The translations under genes and the position numbers were made by a program. Source: Promethearchaeia archaeon (GTDB lineage: Archaea; Asgardarchaeota; Lokiarchaeia; Sigyniarchaeales; SOKP01). From it: a stretch of 64,000 bases of DNA. The notes under the pieces are model-generated. The model saw only the letters and a program-made list of their open reading frames with translations. It ran no database searches and had not been told where the DNA came from. The stretch lies in the NCBI GenBank assembly GCA_029856045.1, contig JAHQWG010000016.1:256001-320000 (forward strand). The letters are read 5' to 3'. This document shows, in pieces, positions 59,953 to 64,000 of the stretch (position 1 is its first letter; each line of letters starts with the position of its first letter).

Positions 59953-61514
59953 TTAATTCTGGTTCATTTGTAATAAAAATAAAAGATTTTTCAGTGGAAA
60001 TTAAAAATAAATTTAATATTATTCAAGGCAAATTTCTTTCTCAGGATTTAAATCAACTTCAATTGGGCAATTATATCCACCTTCTTGATGATGTTCCAAA
60101 AATAAGCTTAGAAAAGTTACTGATTTTATATAAAAATAATTCAAAAGGACAGAAAAATCTAATTGACAATATTAATTTTATTGAATTTATAGCAAAATAT
60201 ACTCAAATAACTCAAAAAGATATTAAATTTTTAGATAAATATATCTCTTTTTTAGAAAGTTGTATTTCACTATTAAGATTAAACCAGCTCAATCTTGAAA
60301 AAAAAAAATTAAAAACCGAACTAAAAATTGCCCAAGAAAGAAATAAATCAGCAGAAATTTCTACTAAAATAACTCTATTAAATAAATTAAACGAATCAAT
60401 TAAAGAATACAACACTAGATTAAAACTTTTTGAAGAGGATTTTTTACCCATCAAAAATCAAAAAAAAATGCTTGAAGACAAACTTGGGAATTTAAAAAAA
60501 ACACAAATTGAATTTAGAAAAGAACAAAAGGATATTTTTAATAAGATTAATATTCTTACTCGAGAAGAAGAGAGCCAAAACAATGATCAAAATGAAAAAA
60601 TTGAGACCCTAAGGAAAAATGCTAAAATTCTAAGAGATAAAATTGATGATATCAAGCAAAAAATTGAAAATTCCCAATATAAATTAAATCAGAATTTGCC
60701 GAAATTTAAAGAATTTGATAAAATTTATCATAACCTAAAAGAAAATCTTGAAATTGATAAGAAAAAAATGAGAAATCTTCGAATAGAATTAGAAGAAGTT
60801 ATTGATTTAAATAAATTGGATGAATTAACAGAATCTGGTTTAAAAGAACTATCTTATATAAGACCGATAAGCTTAATCAAATCAAATATTGATAACATCA
60901 CTAATGAAATAATAAAAATTGAAAGTTTCAATCAAAAGTATTTTAAAAATAAAAATAATCTCTTAATAAAAGATTTAAAGATGTTTAAATCCAATTTAGA
61001 CAACTTTTTTTCGAATCAGTTGGAAGAATTCGATAGTAATGAGCTTGAAAGCAAAATAAAATCTTTAAAGAAATTAGGTATTTGGCTATATAAATTCCAA
61101 AAATTACTAAATGAATTTTTGGAAACGATTAATTTAAAAATCTCTATTGATTTTTTTTTAAATTTGACACCAAATTTTGCTAAAAATAGTCAGATTATTA
61201 TAAATTTCAAACGTTTTAAAGAAGAAGCTATCATTTATGATAATTTAACTACTCCTGAGAAGGTATTTTTTATAATATGTTTTTACTTAACCATTGAAAG
61301 TCTTAAAAATAAAAGAAACATCATTTTCACAAATCTTATAATACCTGAGGATTATAACAAAAAAGGTTCTATTTTTAGAACTTTAACAAAAATTATGCCT
61401 ATTTTTAATGAAAGTCCAGATTTAAAGGAGAAATCATTAACTTTTCTAATTTCTGGATTCAAACTAACAAAAGATATCAAAAATGTTCAAATATATAATA
61501 TAAATAATACTTAA
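59952..61514 (+). CDS. SMC/Rad50-like coiled-coil protein with degenerate ATPase head motifs
   Basis: N-terminal IKIKDF..VEIKNKFNIIQG, a long coiled coil, and C-terminal NLTTPEK.FF..C..L.I, NIIFTNL and SLTFLISG. The track starts at GTG 59994. Confidence 0.6.
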   Translation: MNSGSFVIKIKDFSVEIKNKFNIIQGKFLSQDLNQLQLGNYIHLLDDVPKISLEKLLILYKNNSKGQKNLIDNINFIEFIAKYTQITQKDIKFLDKYISFLESCISLLRLNQLNLEKKKLKTELKIAQERNKSAEISTKITLLNKLNESIKEYNTRLKLFEEDFLPIKNQKKMLEDKLGNLKKTQIEFRKEQKDIFNKINILTREEESQNNDQNEKIETLRKNAKILRDKIDDIKQKIENSQYKLNQNLPKFKEFDKIYHNLKENLEIDKKKMRNLRIELEEVIDLNKLDELTESGLKELSYIRPISLIKSNIDNITNEIIKIESFNQKYFKNKNNLLIKDLKMFKSNLDNFFSNQLEEFDSNELESKIKSLKKLGIWLYKFQKLLNEFLETINLKISIDFFLNLTPNFAKNSQIIINFKRFKEEAIIYDNLTTPEKVFFIICFYLTIESLKNKRNIIFTNLIIPEDYNKKGSIFRTLTKIMPIFNESPDLKEKSLTFLISGFKLTKDIKNVQIYNINNT

Positions 61515-62045
61515 TTGAGAAAGAGAACAATGAACAATCCAAATATAAACAATATTGATAATTTAGTGAAAAAATTTTGTAAAATTTTTCTCATTAATGA
61601 AAAAAAAATGATAAGGGAAAGAGATCTTATTGAAATGTGCTCAAATCCAGAAAATTTTGATAATATTATTAAAAAAGTATATAATAATCTAAATAATATT
61701 GGATTTGAATTAGTTAAAACCTCGTACCTAGAAGAAAAATATTATATATTAACAACTGAAGGTAAAGAAAAAGCCTTATCTCCTATTCTTTATGGAATTC
61801 TCACATTAATCGTTGCTTTAAATAATGAAATAGGTGAAAATTTAAATTATTTCGAGTTAAAAAATATTCTAAAAGATGTATGGGAAAATGTTGAATATTT
61901 AATAAAAAATAATTATTTAGCTCAAATAAAGAGTAGAGATCATCATCTAATTAAAATTACTCCTATAGGTAAAGGTGTTTTAAAAAATATAATTTCTGAA
62001 ATTAATTTAAAAAAAATTTTAGAAATTTTTGAAAAGACAAATTAA
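61515..62045 (+). CDS. Tandem winged-helix protein, KITE (NSE3/MAGE/ScpB/MukE)-like
   Basis: IRERDL, FDNIIKKV...L..IGFELV....YYIL, GILTLIVAL, YLIKNNYL, ITPIG. Confidence 0.6.
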   Translation: MRKRTMNNPNINNIDNLVKKFCKIFLINEKKMIRERDLIEMCSNPENFDNIIKKVYNNLNNIGFELVKTSYLEEKYYILTTEGKEKALSPILYGILTLIVALNNEIGENLNYFELKNILKDVWENVEYLIKNNYLAQIKSRDHHLIKITPIGKGVLKNIISEINLKKILEIFEKTN

Positions 62046-62482
62046 ATACTCTTACCTTCCTTAAGATCAAGGACAAATTGTTCAGAAATCTTCTGTATTC
62101 TTTCTGCTGAGGGCCCTTCCCCAATCACTTCGATTTTTCCATCTTGTTCCTTAACCTTTATTTTCCCATTTAGAATACTTATTATAGATAATTCACTTTG
62201 ATAATCAACATGTCCTTTAGGGAATATTTTAGCAATTCGATCTGCCAATGCTTCCATAGGAAACGGCTCTTCTTCCACTGTAATCATTTTCCATACACCT
62301 GAATGCATAATAACCTTAGGAATTACTGCTCCTTTCTCGTTTTTAGCATTCTCAATTATAATATCACCAGAATCGGAAACACCTTTAAGAGTTCCCACAA
62401 AAAATTTATCATCAGATATATGAATTTTTACAAGTGCATCCAATAGATTACCAAGTTCTTGATTATAATTTCTTAGCATCAT
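62042..62482 (-). CDS. Sm-like protein with a C-terminal domain (SmAP3-type)
   Basis: ELGNLLD..V.I.....F.GTL.G....DIIIENA Sm fold, followed by IFP..V.Y...I.ILN...V.GEGP.AER. Confidence 0.8.
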   Translation of the reverse strand: MMLRNYNQELGNLLDALVKIHISDDKFFVGTLKGVSDSGDIIIENAKNEKGAVIPKVIMHSGVWKMITVEEEPFPMEALADRIAKIFPKGHVDYQSELSIISILNGKIKVKEQDGKIEVIGEGPSAERIQKISEQFVLDLKEGKSI

Positions 62483-62591
62483 AACAATTTATTCTAAGTT
62501 TTATTACAATTTATTCTTTTCTACTTTATGTTATATCGAAAGGAAAGGTAATCTCCCAAAATTCCTCCAAATGCAGTGAATTTCTAAAAAT

Positions 62592-63542
62592 TTAATCGAA
62601 TTGTCGAGAACGAAATTTAGAATAGTATATCAAATATGATGCTAAAATCCCCCCCAACTCACTGCAATAGATAACTATGTATATTGGACCATATAAAAAT
62701 CCAAATATTAAACCAGGAATTAATCTTATTAAGACTAAGAATATTAATAGTATTTTTCCTGACATTCTTACTGGAAAAAAGAAAACTAATAAAGTAAATT
62801 GCCTGTTCAAATTAGGAAATACAAGAAAAGATATTATACCTAAAATTGCGCTCCATCCTAATCCGATAGAATAATAAATGGAATCAATTTCATTTAAAGG
62901 ATAAAGGGGCACTAATAGGAATCTAAATAAAAGAAAAATCAAACCGGCTAAAAGTCCAGAAAAAATATATAATCCCAATAATAATTTGGTTCCGTACATT
63001 TGTTCAATAGTTCTAGCCATATTATATAGAAAAACAATCATAATAAATAAAAAAAATATCCCCAAAAATCCCTCAGCATAAACAATAAAGAGAGCCGTAA
63101 AAAATGTATGAAAATAATAATTTAAAACACCATATCCACTTAAATTTAGATATTGTGGTAAAAAAATTGCAATAATAGACATTATAACAAGTGTTATTAT
63201 GATAAAATTAGTTCCATTCATTTGGTTTGATCTCAAAAAGGAAAGAGGTGTTGTTTTCATTCTTTTTTTATGTTCTTTTTCTCTTTTTTTGAAAATCTTT
63301 CTTATCTCCTTCTCACTTAAATATTCACCTTCCTTATATAGTCTTTCTGGAGAAATATCTTTTTTTAATGAAATTTCTTTGGAAGTTATTGGAATTTCAC
63401 TAAATTTTGGTACATGTTTTAGCTCAAATGTACATTCGTGATTCTCAGGCAAGCGATGTTTTTTGCAGAAGTGATTTCCACAATATCTACATTTAAATGG
63501 AAGGTAAGGAATATCCTCCTCGCAATATGAGCATTTTACCAA
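62592..63542 (-). CDS. AN1 zinc finger fused to a rhomboid-like membrane domain
   Basis: CSYC...[20 protein letters not shown], about six TM helices, IEQMYG, ELGG. Confidence 0.8.
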   Translation of the reverse strand: MVKCSYCEEDIPYLPFKCRYCGNHFCKKHRLPENHECTFELKHVPKFSEIPITSKEISLKKDISPERLYKEGEYLSEKEIRKIFKKREKEHKKRMKTTPLSFLRSNQMNGTNFIIITLVIMSIIAIFLPQYLNLSGYGVLNYYFHTFFTALFIVYAEGFLGIFFLFIMIVFLYNMARTIEQMYGTKLLLGLYIFSGLLAGLIFLLFRFLLVPLYPLNEIDSIYYSIGLGWSAILGIISFLVFPNLNRQFTLLVFFFPVRMSGKILLIFLVLIRLIPGLIFGFLYGPIYIVIYCSELGGILASYLIYYSKFRSRQFD

Positions 63543-63583
63543 TTTTTTTCACCATTTAAAGTACTCATTAATAAATTATACTA

Positions 63584-64000
63584 TTAACTACCAAAATATG
63601 CAAAATGAAGTTCCGGGGTATATACTATACTAAACACAACAATTGCTAGTATCCCGAGAGCAACAACTAAAAATATCCAGACTTCTTTTTTCCACTTAAA
63701 TATATTAGCCCCATCTAAAATACCTATTGGAATTAAATTAAAAAGCCCCAATTGTGCATTGAAAAATGCAGCTAAGGCAACAAGCATATTTAAAGGATAT
63801 ATTGGAATATATAATGATGATATAAATAAAATTAAGCCGTAGATCAAGTTAACAAGTGGACCAGCCATTTTACATTTTCCTGTTCTGTCACTTATTTCTT
63901 CTAATCCCAAAACAACTACAGCGCCGGGTAAAGCTAAACTGGGAAAATTTATCCCTCCCATTAATGTAAAAATACCCATGATTAAACCAAATGATGTTAA
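63584..64000 (-). CDS. Site-2 protease (M50), 5' part outside the window
   Basis: PGAV, AGPLVN and FNLIPIGILDG motifs. Confidence 0.85.
   Translation of the reverse strand, partial: LTSFGLIMGIFTLMGGINFPSLALPGAVVVLGLEEISDRTGKCKMAGPLVNLIYGLILFISSLYIPIYPLNMLVALAAFFNAQLGLFNLIPIGILDGANIFKWKKEVWIFLVVALGILAIVVFSIVYTPELHFAYFGS

Noticed and set aside
53168-62045. Calling the cluster Wadjet or MukBEF outright
   Set aside because: I recognised no Toprim nuclease (JetD), no intact SMC ATPase and no clear kleisin.
1-64000. Selenoproteins, inteins, IS elements, CRISPR arrays
   Set aside because: I saw no in-frame TGA within a conserved gene, no intein insertion in polC, rpoB, rtcB or nrdD, and no transposase or repeat-spacer array.

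Overview
Very AT-rich archaeal chromosomal window. The gene set points to an Asgard archaeon, most likely Lokiarchaeia: PolD with unsplit RpoB, TFE, Elf1, SmAP3, PAN and pelota, plus several Rab/Rag-like GTPases, roadblock and longin domains. Most of the window is housekeeping: cdc6, PolD DP1/DP2, cbf5, rpoH-rpoB, tfe, mbf1, pan, nac, nrdD, mfnA, hps fusion, archease/rtcB and pelota. It has three tRNAs, two with BHB introns at non-canonical positions. I saw no mobile element or CRISPR array. The most unusual parts are: (1) an eight-gene co-directional cluster (53.2-62.0 kb) that ends in an apparently ATPase-dead SMC-like protein and an NSE3/MAGE-like tandem winged-helix protein, and also holds an AAA+ ATPase and a Zn-ribbon protein with duplicated PC4-like segments; (2) a possible actin/membrane module at 46.5-50.2 kb (an unannotated 50-aa WH2-like ORF, a BAR-like helical protein, and a small coiled-coil/polyproline/WASP-C-like protein); (3) repeated evidence of ATT/ATA/ATC start codons behind Shine-Dalgarno motifs; (4) further eukaryote-like proteins: a Rag-like GTPase, an NPRL2-like longin-wHTH protein, an Ost5/TMEM258-like protein and an AN1-rhomboid pseudoprotease. 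All family assignments come from motif recognition by eye; no database searches were run.
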